Assembly: GCF_934660935.1 (NCBI RefSeq)
Contig: NZ_CAKUIH010000005.1
Location: forward strand, 107,848-171,847
Direction of reading: 5' to 3'
From: an uncultured Parolsenella sp.
Lineage (GTDB): Bacteria > Actinomycetota > Coriobacteriia > Coriobacteriales > Atopobiaceae
DNA length: 64,000 nucleotides
The position numbers were made by a program, and so were the translations under genes. The notes beneath the pieces were generated by a model. It worked only from the letters and a program-made list of their open reading frames with translations, had not been told where the DNA came from and did no database searches. Of the stretch, positions 9,401-18,322 are shown in pieces. Positions within the stretch are counted from its first letter, which is position 1; every line of letters starts with the position of its first letter.

Positions 9401-9758
9401 TCTCAAACTGGCTTACGCGCTCAGGGACCGACTCGAGTCGAATGGAGTCATTGGTGTCCGCAATCGTAACGTCCTTGAGGTAGCCGAACTCGACCTCGCG
9501 AACGCCGGGAGTCGCTTTGATATCCGCCTGGTCATCGGCATCAAGGCCAAGGTCGCCAATAACGGTAACGTCTGCCATGTCGTAGCGGTCGAAGAATCGG
9601 GCGGAAGTCGCGCGCATATCCGGGCCCGCGACCTTGAGGCCCACGAGAGCGAAGGAGCCCAGGGCGATAAGGCAGACGATGGAGCAGAAGCGCCCCTTTG
9701 ACTTCTTGAACGTGGCGAGGACGTCACGCCAAAGCATGGTCTTCTTTACGCGTGCCAT
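6450..9758 (-). CDS. Large FtsX/MacB-type ABC transporter permease with a ~280-aa coiled-coil insertion in the first extracytoplasmic domain
   Basis: 1102 aa from ATG 9758 with RBS GGGAGAGGA. It has two FtsX-like 4-TM modules. An Ala/Gln/Asp-rich heptad-like region spans about aa 255-535 (nt ~8154-8996). Confidence 0.85.
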   Translation of the reverse strand: MARVKKTMLWRDVLATFKKSKGRFCSIVCLIALGSFALVGLKVAGPDMRATSARFFDRYDMADVTVIGDLGLDADDQADIKATPGVREVEFGYLKDVTIADTNDSIRLESVPERVSQFEIVGGRMPSAPDEIAVDSFLVDRFPLGSMVDLVEKDGMGGSAVLTQTHFRVVGHVSSTEIIASVNKGKTTVGTGDLTGYAVVTPDVFNADYRMVARLTFDDTEGLDPYSAEYLARVAAHKEELATVLACAPPRRLAAVRAEFDDKIADGQATLDNARQQLSDAKAALDDAAARLADGQLTLDDTWSQLEVAAARLAGARETLFASRDRLADARAQLDEGERQLAEARSQYAASVQALDDAKTAAEQQTAQAQAQIDAQRADVAQKRDQLEQAHAAGLIDDASYAQQSAQLDAAEQQISAAQVALDQQVANGQAEFAAKQQELDAVSAQIGASAERLSASQAEYAAGKATYDAGMAEYNEGFAAYQQGRAAYDEAAGALAQKRSEYESALAEYNDALPDAEREIADGEASLADAREQRDSIDQPAYAVDSRRETPGSEGYKTYSSVSEIVDSLADVFPYFLYLVAALVASTTMTRMVDEERVNSGTLKALGYRDRDVMLKFVVYGATAGGIGAFVGIALGHTLMPFIVYSAYGSKFVLPPIEMHFRPLVSAAAFALALAVSVGPAAAVAKRSLAEKPAQLLLPKAPAAGSKIILEHISPVWNRLNFTQKVTCRNLLRYKKRMLMTVVGVAGAVCLMFCGFAVRNSINGLADAQFGDIIGYDLIVAENSHVSEEERVGIDAELASGAVASHLPVRYESVTKRGGAKGDDQKINLLVPEDASAFASYLRIRERSTGRALELSPDGAVISERLASLIGLRVGDTLTFKDADGRECGVRVAGICEMYMEHFMFMSAEAYQNCFGKPLETNAFVVNLTDNGTTAIRSEAARFMSLSGVMGCVQSAALIDQINVVVKSLNMIMGVLIVVAVLLAVVIVYNLVTINVAERIRELSTIKVLGFYPREVSMYIYRETIINSCLALPVGWLLGWMLQQYIIAAVPPENVMFDPACGWLPFVVSTVVIVLVVAAMYAVVNQYLRRVDMLEALKSVD

Positions 9759-9804
9759 GACGTCCTCTCCCGTACCAGGTCCAGTCAAGCTCAGTTTCCT
9801 GGCC

Positions 9805-10575
9805 CTACTTTGCCAGCCAGCTCGCCATCGGACGGCAAATCTGGCGCGCATTGTTATATGCCATATCGAGCGTAAGACACGTTCGCGCAGAATAGAACCC
9901 GTCCTCACGGCAGATAGTCAATGCGAGCTCCGGCTGGCTGCCCGTAAGGCAAAGCGGCAAAAGCAGCTGGATACGACCGTTGTAATACTGCGGCACCGCA
10001 ATGGTGTAGTTCGCAGCCGCGCGGCGCTCGGCCTCCGCAACAGCGCCCTCAAAGGCCCGACGCAGCAAGCACTCGTTTCCCTTGCCACGAAGTTGCTCCG
10101 GGATGCGAGCCAAGTTGTTCTCATCGCCCAGAATATGATCGATATTCGGACGAACCCGCAGGTGGAAATCATAAATGAGGTCTGCGGGGTTATCGGTGTA
10201 ATGAACGCGAGCAGGAAGCACGTCAACCTCTGACAGCGCCAAGTCGCTCGACTTAAAGAAGCCCTTAAGGAACCATGGCTGGGCATCCGGGCGATTGTTG
10301 GGCTGGAACAATGCGTATATCGCCTCGAAGCGCGGCGTGAATAACCCCGTATTGAAACAGGCGAAATCGCCATCCAACACGATGAAGGACTTCCCTCTCC
10401 CCTCTTCATCGACGCGTTCCTGCAGGTACGCGGCACGACGGTACGTGAAGTCGATGTAGTTGAGCAATATCCTGTTATCCGGGCCCCAATCCTCGGGATC
10501 AGCCAGGTCTGCCAGGTATTGGTAGCAGGGATAAGGACAGAAGGCGAAGTCGACAATCCTGTCAGGGTAGACCAT
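9805..10575 (-). CDS. DUF3825 domain-containing protein
   Basis: 256 aa from ATG 10575 with RBS GGAGGA. The C-terminal pattern AVPQYYNGRIQLLLPLCL...TCLTLDMAYNNARQI...WL matches my recollection of DUF3825. Confidence 0.65.
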   Translation of the reverse strand: MVYPDRIVDFAFCPYPCYQYLADLADPEDWGPDNRILLNYIDFTYRRAAYLQERVDEEGRGKSFIVLDGDFACFNTGLFTPRFEAIYALFQPNNRPDAQPWFLKGFFKSSDLALSEVDVLPARVHYTDNPADLIYDFHLRVRPNIDHILGDENNLARIPEQLRGKGNECLLRRAFEGAVAEAERRAAANYTIAVPQYYNGRIQLLLPLCLTGSQPELALTICREDGFYSARTCLTLDMAYNNARQICRPMASWLAK

Positions 10576-10715
10576 GCGTCCTCCGTTTCTCGGGTTTGAG
10601 GCTACTATACGCGCCATCCATACCGCACGCATCGCAAGAATCGAGGCGCGAGCGCAGATGCCGCTTGTCGGCCGCCTGTATACTAAAGGACCGCACAAAC
10701 CAGTTAAGGAGCCCA

Positions 10716-11453
10716 ATGCCCGGCCTCGGTACCCTCATCAACGTCACCCTGATCACTATCGGCGGGCTCATCGGCCTCGCCGCCAGCTCGCTCGTCACGG
10801 AGCGCCTGCAAGACGCGCTTCTCCGCGCATGCGGCGCGTGCATCGTATTCGTTGGCATCGCAGGCACGCTCCAGCACATGCTCGTCGCCACCGTTGCGGA
10901 AGACGGAGCCGTTCTCCTCTCCACGACGGGCACGATGATGCTTGTCGTGTCGATGGCGCTCGGTACGGTCATCGGCGAGGTCATCGACATCGACGCTCGC
11001 TTCGATGACCTCGGAAAATGGCTGCGCGACCACACTGGCAGCTCCGGCGACCCCCGCTTCGTCGACGGCTTCGTCACCGCATCGCTCACCCTCTCGGTCG
11101 GCGCGATGGCCATTGTGGGTTCCATCCAAGACGGCCTTGCGGGCGATTGGTCCGCCCTCGCGCTCAAAGGTTCCATCGACGCGATCATCGTCTGCGCGAT
11201 GGCGGCGTCTATGGGCAAGGGCTGTATCTTCTCCGCGCTCTCGGTTGGCGTTTTCCAGGGACTCGTCACGGCGCTCGCCACACTCATCGCCCCGGTCCTG
11301 TCCGACGCGGCGCTCGCCAACCTCACCCTCGTAGGCTCAGTCCTCATCTTCTGCGTAGGGATCAACCTCATCTGGCCTCGTACCTTCAAGCCGGCAAACA
11401 TGCTGCCTGCCGTGGTCATCGCCGCCGTATGCGCGGGACTCCCCTGGTTCTAA
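10716..11453 (+). CDS. DUF554-family membrane protein
   Basis: ATG 10716 follows AAGGAG. The N-terminus MPGLGTLINVTLITIGGLIG and the GS.QDGL.GD motif are typical of DUF554. Confidence 0.75.
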   Translation: MPGLGTLINVTLITIGGLIGLAASSLVTERLQDALLRACGACIVFVGIAGTLQHMLVATVAEDGAVLLSTTGTMMLVVSMALGTVIGEVIDIDARFDDLGKWLRDHTGSSGDPRFVDGFVTASLTLSVGAMAIVGSIQDGLAGDWSALALKGSIDAIIVCAMAASMGKGCIFSALSVGVFQGLVTALATLIAPVLSDAALANLTLVGSVLIFCVGINLIWPRTFKPANMLPAVVIAAVCAGLPWF

Positions 11454-11585
11454 GCTCAAGCGGTCCAAAGCCCGGCTCCGGCCCGCAGCCTGGCTCCACC
11501 CGTGCTGCCCGGGAGAAGCAAGTCAAACAGATGTTCGCAATCAGTGCTATCATAGGCGTCCCTAAGGCTGGCTCGGGAGGGAGGC

Positions 11586-13385
11586 ATGATGCGATCTACC
11601 GCTCAAGAAGTGCTCGACATGCTCCTCCAGAGTCCCAGCCTCCGCCGCAGCGACTTCGTGGACCGCGTCTTCACGGATGAGCCTATCCTCATGCGCGGCT
11701 CCCAAATGGCCAGCTACATCCCCCCGCGCATACAGGAGATGCGCGAGATGGCGCTCTCGCCTGAGGGTCGTGGGATGATTGGCGCCCAGCTCTTCACCAA
11801 GCAAGCGCTCTTTATGGAGGATTACGAGGACGACGTCGAATATCACGGCTCGTTCGAGCGCTATTTCCCCACTTACGTGGATATGAATGATCGCCAGCTC
11901 AGAGGCTATTTCTCATGGAGAAGCGCCGTCCGTCGCGGAGAGGAGACCCCTAAGGCGCCCCTCTCCTTTGCGTTCGTTCACCTCTATGAGCTAATCGGCA
12001 GCATTGGCATCGAACTCGAGCCCATCGGGCGCAGCCGCGAAGGCCTCACTAGGGCTGAGCAGGGTTTCCTTGCCATCGAGCATTTCTGGAAGACTCACGA
12101 GGACACCTACCCCGAGCTGCAACGTTACGTGACGCGTTGGCTCCGCGATTACGCGGTCTGGCATGGGCTTGACGCGTCCTACCTCGCTCCGTACGTAAAT
12201 ACCGCCTTTGACGAAGCACTCGTCAGCCTCACGGAGTCCCTCGGCTCTTGGATGGCGGCGACGCCCCAGAAAAAGCCTCGCAAACAAGATGCACGGGCAA
12301 TGGCTCTCGCTGGCGCAGACAGGCCGGAGGAGGAGCGGTTCTTCGCCGCACTCGACCCGCTGTCAACCTACCGGCCACGCGTAAGCCGCCTCTATCGCGA
12401 CCGTCCGAAGACGCTCCGCCATGTGACCTGCTCCGTTATCGCTGAGCTTGCCCTCTATTACGAGAAGCACCGCAAATCCGGCCTTGTCGAAGATCTTTTC
12501 GGCAGCTCGCAGGCCTTCCCCTACGTCATGTTCATGAACGCCGTCTTCTGGACGGGTAGCCCCCACGAAGACACGATCTACGAGATAAGCCCATGTAATC
12601 GCTACGGTTGCGCCAAGGGGCGCTGGTATCACGAGGGATTCCTGACCACCGCCAGACGCAGCTCCAAGCTCGGAGCCATTCTCCGCCTGATCGACCAGCG
12701 TCTGCGCGTCGCGATTGGCTATCCCCATCCGCTCACCAAGAAGGACGCACCGAAGTACCTCGACAAGATCGTGGCGGAGCAGATTGAGGCCCGCCTCGCC
12801 TGGGAGGCGGACCGCGAGGCAAGGGCCGTTCGGGTCGACCTCTCCCAGCTCGCCGGCATTCGCGTCGCGGCAAACGCCACGTGCGATTCGCTCCTCATCG
12901 ATGAAGAGCGAGAGGATGAGGCTGTGTCGGACGCGGGAGAGGCGATGTCGGCCGCGGCAGTGGCGCCCACGCTGCGGATCAAAACGCTCGAAGCCATGGC
13001 ACCTGAAGTCCCGGCAGGCGCAGCTGTGCCGGAGACTGAAAAGCCTACCGCCCGAACGGGAGAGTTCGCCGACGAGGGCCCAACGACTGGCCGCCCTTCG
13101 GCGGAGCGAGCCATAGCACCCGCTGAAGCGTCTTCCGCGGAAACAGCGCCGGCGCCCTACGGCCTCACTGCCATTGAGCTCGAGCTTCTTCAGTCACTTC
13201 TCGATGGCACCCCATGGGAGGTTCCCACAGGCACATCGCTCGACATGCTCGTGGACTCCATCAACGAGAAGCTCTTCGACTTGCTTGGAGATACCGCGCT
13301 TGAGTTCGACGGTTTAGTGTCCGGCATGCCCACTATCATCGACGACTACGCAGAAGACGTGAGGGAGGCCCTCTCCTATGAGTGA
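11586..13385 (+). CDS. TerB-N / TerB-C domain protein (Shango SngA-like)
   Basis: RBS GGGAGGGAGG precedes ATG 11586. An N-terminal region carries LRGYFSWRSAVRRGE (TerB-N-like). The C-terminal region LTAIELELLQSLLDG...INEKLFDLLGDT is TerB-C-like. Its stop overlaps the next start (ATGAGTGA, 13378-13385). Confidence 0.75.
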   Translation: MMRSTAQEVLDMLLQSPSLRRSDFVDRVFTDEPILMRGSQMASYIPPRIQEMREMALSPEGRGMIGAQLFTKQALFMEDYEDDVEYHGSFERYFPTYVDMNDRQLRGYFSWRSAVRRGEETPKAPLSFAFVHLYELIGSIGIELEPIGRSREGLTRAEQGFLAIEHFWKTHEDTYPELQRYVTRWLRDYAVWHGLDASYLAPYVNTAFDEALVSLTESLGSWMAATPQKKPRKQDARAMALAGADRPEEERFFAALDPLSTYRPRVSRLYRDRPKTLRHVTCSVIAELALYYEKHRKSGLVEDLFGSSQAFPYVMFMNAVFWTGSPHEDTIYEISPCNRYGCAKGRWYHEGFLTTARRSSKLGAILRLIDQRLRVAIGYPHPLTKKDAPKYLDKIVAEQIEARLAWEADREARAVRVDLSQLAGIRVAANATCDSLLIDEEREDEAVSDAGEAMSAAAVAPTLRIKTLEAMAPEVPAGAAVPETEKPTARTGEFADEGPTTGRPSAERAIAPAEASSAETAPAPYGLTAIELELLQSLLDGTPWEVPTGTSLDMLVDSINEKLFDLLGDTALEFDGLVSGMPTIIDDYAEDVREALSYE

Positions 13386-14856
13386 GAACACAAGTCAGAT
13401 GGCGCTATCCGCTGATGCGCCCGCCACCAAGCCACGCGTGCCCAAGCGCATCGCTGCCGTCATCATCAACTCGCTCAAGGGTGGCGTGGTGCCGCGCATC
13501 GGCCTGCCCTACGTAACGGTCGGCCGCGAGACTGAAATTCGCGCCCTCCTCCATGACCTCGACCTTATCGCCAACGGCGGCGCCAGCTTCCGCTTCCTCG
13601 TAGGTCGCTACGGCGCGGGCAAGAGCTTCCTGCTCCAGACGATCCGCACGCACGCGATGGGCAAGGGCTTCGTCGTTGCGGACGCAGACCTCTCGCCAGA
13701 GCGTCGCCTCCAAGGCACCGCCGGGCAGGGCCTCGCCACCTACCGCGAGCTCATTCGCAACCTCTCGACCAAGACGCGTCCGGAGGGCGGCGCGCTCCAG
13801 CTCGTGCTCGATCGCTGGGTCGCCACCATTGATGCCTCCCCCGCCGGCGCAGAGGCAGCCCTCGCCGCAGCATGCGCTCCGCTCGAGGAGATGGTCCACG
13901 GGTTCGACTTCGCCCGCATCCTGCGAGCCTACCACGAGGCCAGCATCCAGGGGGATGACGAGCGCCGCGCCGCCGTCCTCAGGTGGCTCCGTGGCGAGTA
14001 CCGCACCAAGACCGAGGCCCGTGGCGAGCTCGGCATCTCCTGCTGCATCGGCGATGACGACTGGTATGACTACCTCAAGCTCCTCGCGCAGTTCCTCGTG
14101 GGCGCCGGCTATCAGGGCATGCTCGTCCTCATCGATGAGCTGGTGAACCTCTACAAGATCCCAAACGCCATCACCCGCCAGTACAACTACGAGAAGATCC
14201 TCACGATGTACAACGACACGCTCCAGGGCAAGGCGCACCACCTGGGCATCATCATGGGCGGCACTCCGCAATCAATCGAGGACCGCCGCCGCGGAGTCTA
14301 CTCGTACGAAGCCCTGCGCTCGCGCTTGGCAGAGGGCCGCTTCGCGCGCGAGGGCATGTATGACATGCTCGCGCCCGTTATCAAGCTGAATCCCCTCACC
14401 TATGAGGAGCTTCTCGTCCTGACGGAGAAACTCTCGGACATTCATGCGGGCTACTTTGGGTATGAGCGCACGCTTGGCACGGAGGACCTCGTCAGGTTCC
14501 TCCAGCTCGAGTACGGGCGCGTCGGCGCGGATACCCATCTCACCCCGCGCGAGGTCATCCGCGACTTCGTCGAGCTTCTCGACATCCTCCACCAGAACCC
14601 CGGTACCACGATCGAGAGCATTCTCGCGGGCGACGGGTCCGGCGTGGGCGATACGCCGAGTGGTGCCAGCGCACTGGTCGCCACCACGTCGGCAGCCGGC
14701 AACACGGCGGACGCGGCAGCGCGGAACGGGGGCGTGACGCTCGCGGGTGCTGCGCCGTCGGGCTCGGCAGCCGCTGGCACGGCCTCCACCATCGCGGGCG
14801 CGAGCCGTCCCGCCGAAGGCACATCCAGCAGAGACTTCTCCGGGTTCAAGCTCTGA
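13378..14856 (+). CDS. DUF2791 / BrxD-like P-loop ATPase (Shango-type ATPase)
   Basis: Walker A is VGRYGAGKSFLL and Walker B is MLVLIDELV. The N-terminal SLKGGVVPRIGLPYVTVGRE motif is typical of BrxD/DUF2791. The stop TGA 14854-14856 overlaps the helicase ATG 14856. Confidence 0.8.
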   Translation: MSENTSQMALSADAPATKPRVPKRIAAVIINSLKGGVVPRIGLPYVTVGRETEIRALLHDLDLIANGGASFRFLVGRYGAGKSFLLQTIRTHAMGKGFVVADADLSPERRLQGTAGQGLATYRELIRNLSTKTRPEGGALQLVLDRWVATIDASPAGAEAALAAACAPLEEMVHGFDFARILRAYHEASIQGDDERRAAVLRWLRGEYRTKTEARGELGISCCIGDDDWYDYLKLLAQFLVGAGYQGMLVLIDELVNLYKIPNAITRQYNYEKILTMYNDTLQGKAHHLGIIMGGTPQSIEDRRRGVYSYEALRSRLAEGRFAREGMYDMLAPVIKLNPLTYEELLVLTEKLSDIHAGYFGYERTLGTEDLVRFLQLEYGRVGADTHLTPREVIRDFVELLDILHQNPGTTIESILAGDGSGVGDTPSGASALVATTSAAGNTADAAARNGGVTLAGAAPSGSAAAGTASTIAGASRPAEGTSSRDFSGFKL

Positions 14857-17429
14857 TGGACACCTTCTCTCGCTATGCGCCCTTCATCCAGGACTTCATC
14901 TATGACCATGAGTGGGAGAACCTCCGTGGCATCCAGGTGGCCGCTGCCGAGGCGATCTTCAACACGGATGACAACGTCCTGCTCACCGCGTCGACCGCGT
15001 CCGGCAAGACGGAGGCAGCGTTCTTCCCCATCCTCACGCTCTTCGACGAGAACCCTCCCGCGAGCGTGGGCGCCATATACATCGGCCCCCTCAAGGCCCT
15101 CATCAATGATCAGTTCCTCCGCCTGGAGGAACTCTGCAACGAGGAGCACATCCCCGTCTGGCGTTGGCACGGGGACGTCTCCTCGAGCCACAAGGCCAAG
15201 CTCCTCAAGAAGCCGAGTGGCATCCTCCAAATCACGCCAGAGTCACTCGAGGCGCTTCTACTCCATAAGCACTCGGCCATCCCGCATCTGTTCAGCGACC
15301 TTCGCTTCGTCGTAATCGACGAGGTCCACTCGCTTCTGCGCGGAGACCGTGGCGGCCAAACGATTTCGCTCATCGAACGCCTCGGTCGCATCGCAGGCGT
15401 CAACCCGCGCCGCATCGGACTTTCTGCCACGATCGGCGACCCAGACGCCGTTGGCGCATTCCTCTCCGCGGACACGGGCCGCGGGTGGGTGGTTCCGCGC
15501 GTTCAGGAGCCCGAGCGCGTATGGAATCTCTCGATGGAGCACTTCTACCTTGATGGAGAGCAGGCGGGAGACGCCTCGCTCGCCGAGGCGCTGCGCTCGC
15601 TTCGCGATTTCGACGCCTCGAGAAGGGCAGCAGACGCTCGCAAGGCGTCAAGCAGTAGCGCCGGACCCGCAAGCAACGCCGGCTCCGCAAGCAACAGCAC
15701 CGGCCTCGCAAGCAACGCCTGCACTGACTCCAAAAACGAGAGCGGCATCGAGGCCACAAACGAAGACGGCGGCCGCGCGTCTGGCCCCGCTGTCGCCTCA
15801 AGAGACGACGAAACCTCCCTCGCCGCCCCATCCCCCATCGAGCCCGATGAGATCGACGACGACTTCTTCATCTGTCCCACGCTCGACGTCGCCACGGACA
15901 CTGCCCCCAAGGAGGCCGACCCCGGACTCGGTTATGTCTTCGAGCACTCACGCAACAAGAAATGCCTGCTCTTCGCCAACTCCCGTGAGGACGCGGAAGC
16001 CTACTGCACGGAGCTCCGTCGTTACTGCGAGCTCGTGCACGAGCCGGATCGCTTCCTGATCCACCACGGCAACCTCTCGAGCTCAATTCGCGAGTCCGCG
16101 GAGGATCTCATGCGCGACGAGACGCAGTGCATGACCACGGTCACCACGGCAACTCTCGAGCTCGGCATCGACATCGGCCGTCTCGAGCGCGCCTTCCAGA
16201 TCGACGCCCCCTTCACGGTGAGCGCGTTTCTCCAGCGCATGGGCCGTACCGGCCGCCGGGAGCGCCCTCCCGAGATGTGGTTCGTCATGCGCGAGGATCA
16301 CCCTGACGTCAGGGCTCTCCTCCCGGAGACCATCCCGTGGAAACTCCTCCAGGGCATCGCCCTCGTCCAACTCTACCTCGAGGAGCGCTGGGTCGAGCCG
16401 CCTCGCCTCGACCGCCTCCCCTACAGCCTCCTGCTTCACCAGACGCTCGCCACGCTCGCCAGCGAGGGCGAACTCTCCGCGAGCGAGCTTGCGGGCAGGG
16501 TGCTCAACCTCACCGTGTTCAGGCGCGTGAGTCCGGATGACTTCAAGGTCCTGCTCCGCCATCTCCTCGAGACGGACTACCTCGAGCTCACGGAGGCGGG
16601 AGCGCTCATCGTCGGCCTGGCCGGAGAACGCGTCGTCAACTCGTACAAGTTCTACGGCGTCTTTCAGGAGAACATCGAGTACACCGTCCGCAGCGACTCA
16701 GCAGATCTTGGCACGCTCGTCGCGCCGCCGCCCCCGGGCGGCAAGGTCGCCATCGCCGGCGCCACCTGGATGGTCGACGAGGTCGATCACAAGCGTCTCG
16801 TCGTCTACGTCACAAAGATCAAGGGCCGCGTGCCCGCCTATTTTGGCGAGTGCGCCGGCGACATCCACACGCACGTGCTCGAGCGCATGCGTCGCGTCCT
16901 TGAGGAGCGCTGCAACTATCCGTTCCTCATGCGCAACGCAACGGTACGTCTCGCCGTCGCGCGCCGCGCAGCCGCCGGCGCGGACATAGATCGCTCGCCC
17001 CTCATCAACCTGGGGGAGGACACGTGGGCACTCTTCCCCTGGCTTGGAAGCTACGCGTTCCTCGCCCTCGAGCGCCTCATCAAGCACAAGTGCGCAAAAC
17101 AGCTCGGCATCAAGGGCCTTGACCCGACTCGCCCCTACTACCTGCAGTTCCACATGAGCGCGGGCCCCGGCGAGTTCTTCCGAACCCTCATCGACGAGGC
17201 GAACAAGCCCTTCGACCCCCTCGACCTCCTCGGCCCGACGGAGGTCCCGGTTTTCGAGAAGTACGACAGCCTGCTCCCACCCGAGCTCGTACGAAAGGGC
17301 TTTGCGGAGGGCGTCCTCGACGTCCAAGGCATGAGAAGCCGCGTCAACGAATGGGAGCCCTACGCCACGAGCGCGGAGCTTCCGTCAGGCGGTGGGGTCC
17401 CCGGCGTCGATTTCCCTTGGTTCAGCTAG
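14856..17429 (+). CDS. Lhr-like DEAD/DEAH-box SF2 helicase (Shango-type helicase, BrxHII-like)
   Basis: Helicase motifs are I ASTASGKTEAA, II VVIDEVHS, III LSATIGD and VI QRMGRTGRR. A low-complexity Ser/Ala/Asn/Asp-rich insertion of about 110 aa lies between the two RecA lobes (nt ~15558-15891). Confidence 0.85.
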   Translation: MDTFSRYAPFIQDFIYDHEWENLRGIQVAAAEAIFNTDDNVLLTASTASGKTEAAFFPILTLFDENPPASVGAIYIGPLKALINDQFLRLEELCNEEHIPVWRWHGDVSSSHKAKLLKKPSGILQITPESLEALLLHKHSAIPHLFSDLRFVVIDEVHSLLRGDRGGQTISLIERLGRIAGVNPRRIGLSATIGDPDAVGAFLSADTGRGWVVPRVQEPERVWNLSMEHFYLDGEQAGDASLAEALRSLRDFDASRRAADARKASSSSAGPASNAGSASNSTGLASNACTDSKNESGIEATNEDGGRASGPAVASRDDETSLAAPSPIEPDEIDDDFFICPTLDVATDTAPKEADPGLGYVFEHSRNKKCLLFANSREDAEAYCTELRRYCELVHEPDRFLIHHGNLSSSIRESAEDLMRDETQCMTTVTTATLELGIDIGRLERAFQIDAPFTVSAFLQRMGRTGRRERPPEMWFVMREDHPDVRALLPETIPWKLLQGIALVQLYLEERWVEPPRLDRLPYSLLLHQTLATLASEGELSASELAGRVLNLTVFRRVSPDDFKVLLRHLLETDYLELTEAGALIVGLAGERVVNSYKFYGVFQENIEYTVRSDSADLGTLVAPPPPGGKVAIAGATWMVDEVDHKRLVVYVTKIKGRVPAYFGECAGDIHTHVLERMRRVLEERCNYPFLMRNATVRLAVARRAAAGADIDRSPLINLGEDTWALFPWLGSYAFLALERLIKHKCAKQLGIKGLDPTRPYYLQFHMSAGPGEFFRTLIDEANKPFDPLDLLGPTEVPVFEKYDSLLPPELVRKGFAEGVLDVQGMRSRVNEWEPYATSAELPSGGGVPGVDFPWFS

Positions 17430-17478
17430 GAGTCGAAACATCCAGGCGCAAGCCCAACATCAGACGGGACGGGTCCCG

Positions 17479-18321
17479 CTAGTCGTACATCGGCTCGCCG
17501 AGGAACTCCTCGTCGAAGGGGATCGCATCCGGGGCTGGCCAGTTGGCATCAGTCGCAACGAGCAGGTAGTTGTCCTCCACCGCAAAGGGGTCGTCCTCGC
17601 AGGGTATCACGTGCACATGGGCGAATACCTCGGCAAACGATGAGGCGATGTCTCGGAGGAACTCGATGTCCGCACCCGCCTCCGCGGAGACGACGTTTGC
17701 GAGCGCCAAGCCATCCGACACAAGGTTGGCACGCACCGCCCGTGCGGCTTCGACGGTCGCAAGTGCGCGCACGGGTTCGGAGCCGTCGAACGCGTCAAGC
17801 ACGACCGCGCCATACGGCTCGCTCCCAGAGGCGGCACCGTCCTCGAGGAAGGCTCGCCCGTCGCCCGTGATGAGGCGGCAGCGACCCGGATGGGCGGACA
17901 TCGCCTCGTCGAGGAAGAACCAACGGCGTGCGACCTCGGTCACGGACGCGTCGATCTCAACCACGTCGAGCGAAACATCATCGCGCGTCGCGAGCACGTG
18001 CTTGGGCCACGCGTAGCCACCGCCGCCGATCATGAGGACGTGACGCGTGTCGGGGCGCAGCGTGAAGGCGTGGTCAAAGGCGCGGTAGTAGGAAAACACG
18101 GGTTCCATGCGACGCTCGTCGAGGTAGGTGGCGCTTTGGTAGACGCCTCCTATCTGCAGCACCCGCACGGACTCGCCATCGTGGTCGCGGACCTGGCGCA
18201 CGAAGCCCCACCCACTCGAGAGGCGAACGGGGCGCGGCAGCCACGAGGGCCAACGGCCCTCGGCGCCGGGCCCGCCCACACCCGGCGCGCGGCGACAGGC
18301 GTCTGTCGAGCGCTCCTTCAT
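17479..18321 (-). CDS. Spermidine-synthase-like class I methyltransferase-fold protein
   Basis: 280 aa from ATG 18321. Motifs are VLMIGGGGYAWPKH, VVEIDASV and VVLDAFDG. The start lies 1 nt after the stop of the upstream MFS gene. Confidence 0.75.
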   Translation of the reverse strand: MKERSTDACRRAPGVGGPGAEGRWPSWLPRPVRLSSGWGFVRQVRDHDGESVRVLQIGGVYQSATYLDERRMEPVFSYYRAFDHAFTLRPDTRHVLMIGGGGYAWPKHVLATRDDVSLDVVEIDASVTEVARRWFFLDEAMSAHPGRCRLITGDGRAFLEDGAASGSEPYGAVVLDAFDGSEPVRALATVEAARAVRANLVSDGLALANVVSAEAGADIEFLRDIASSFAEVFAHVHVIPCEDDPFAVEDNYLLVATDANWPAPDAIPFDEEFLGEPMYD

Positions 18322-18322
18322 G

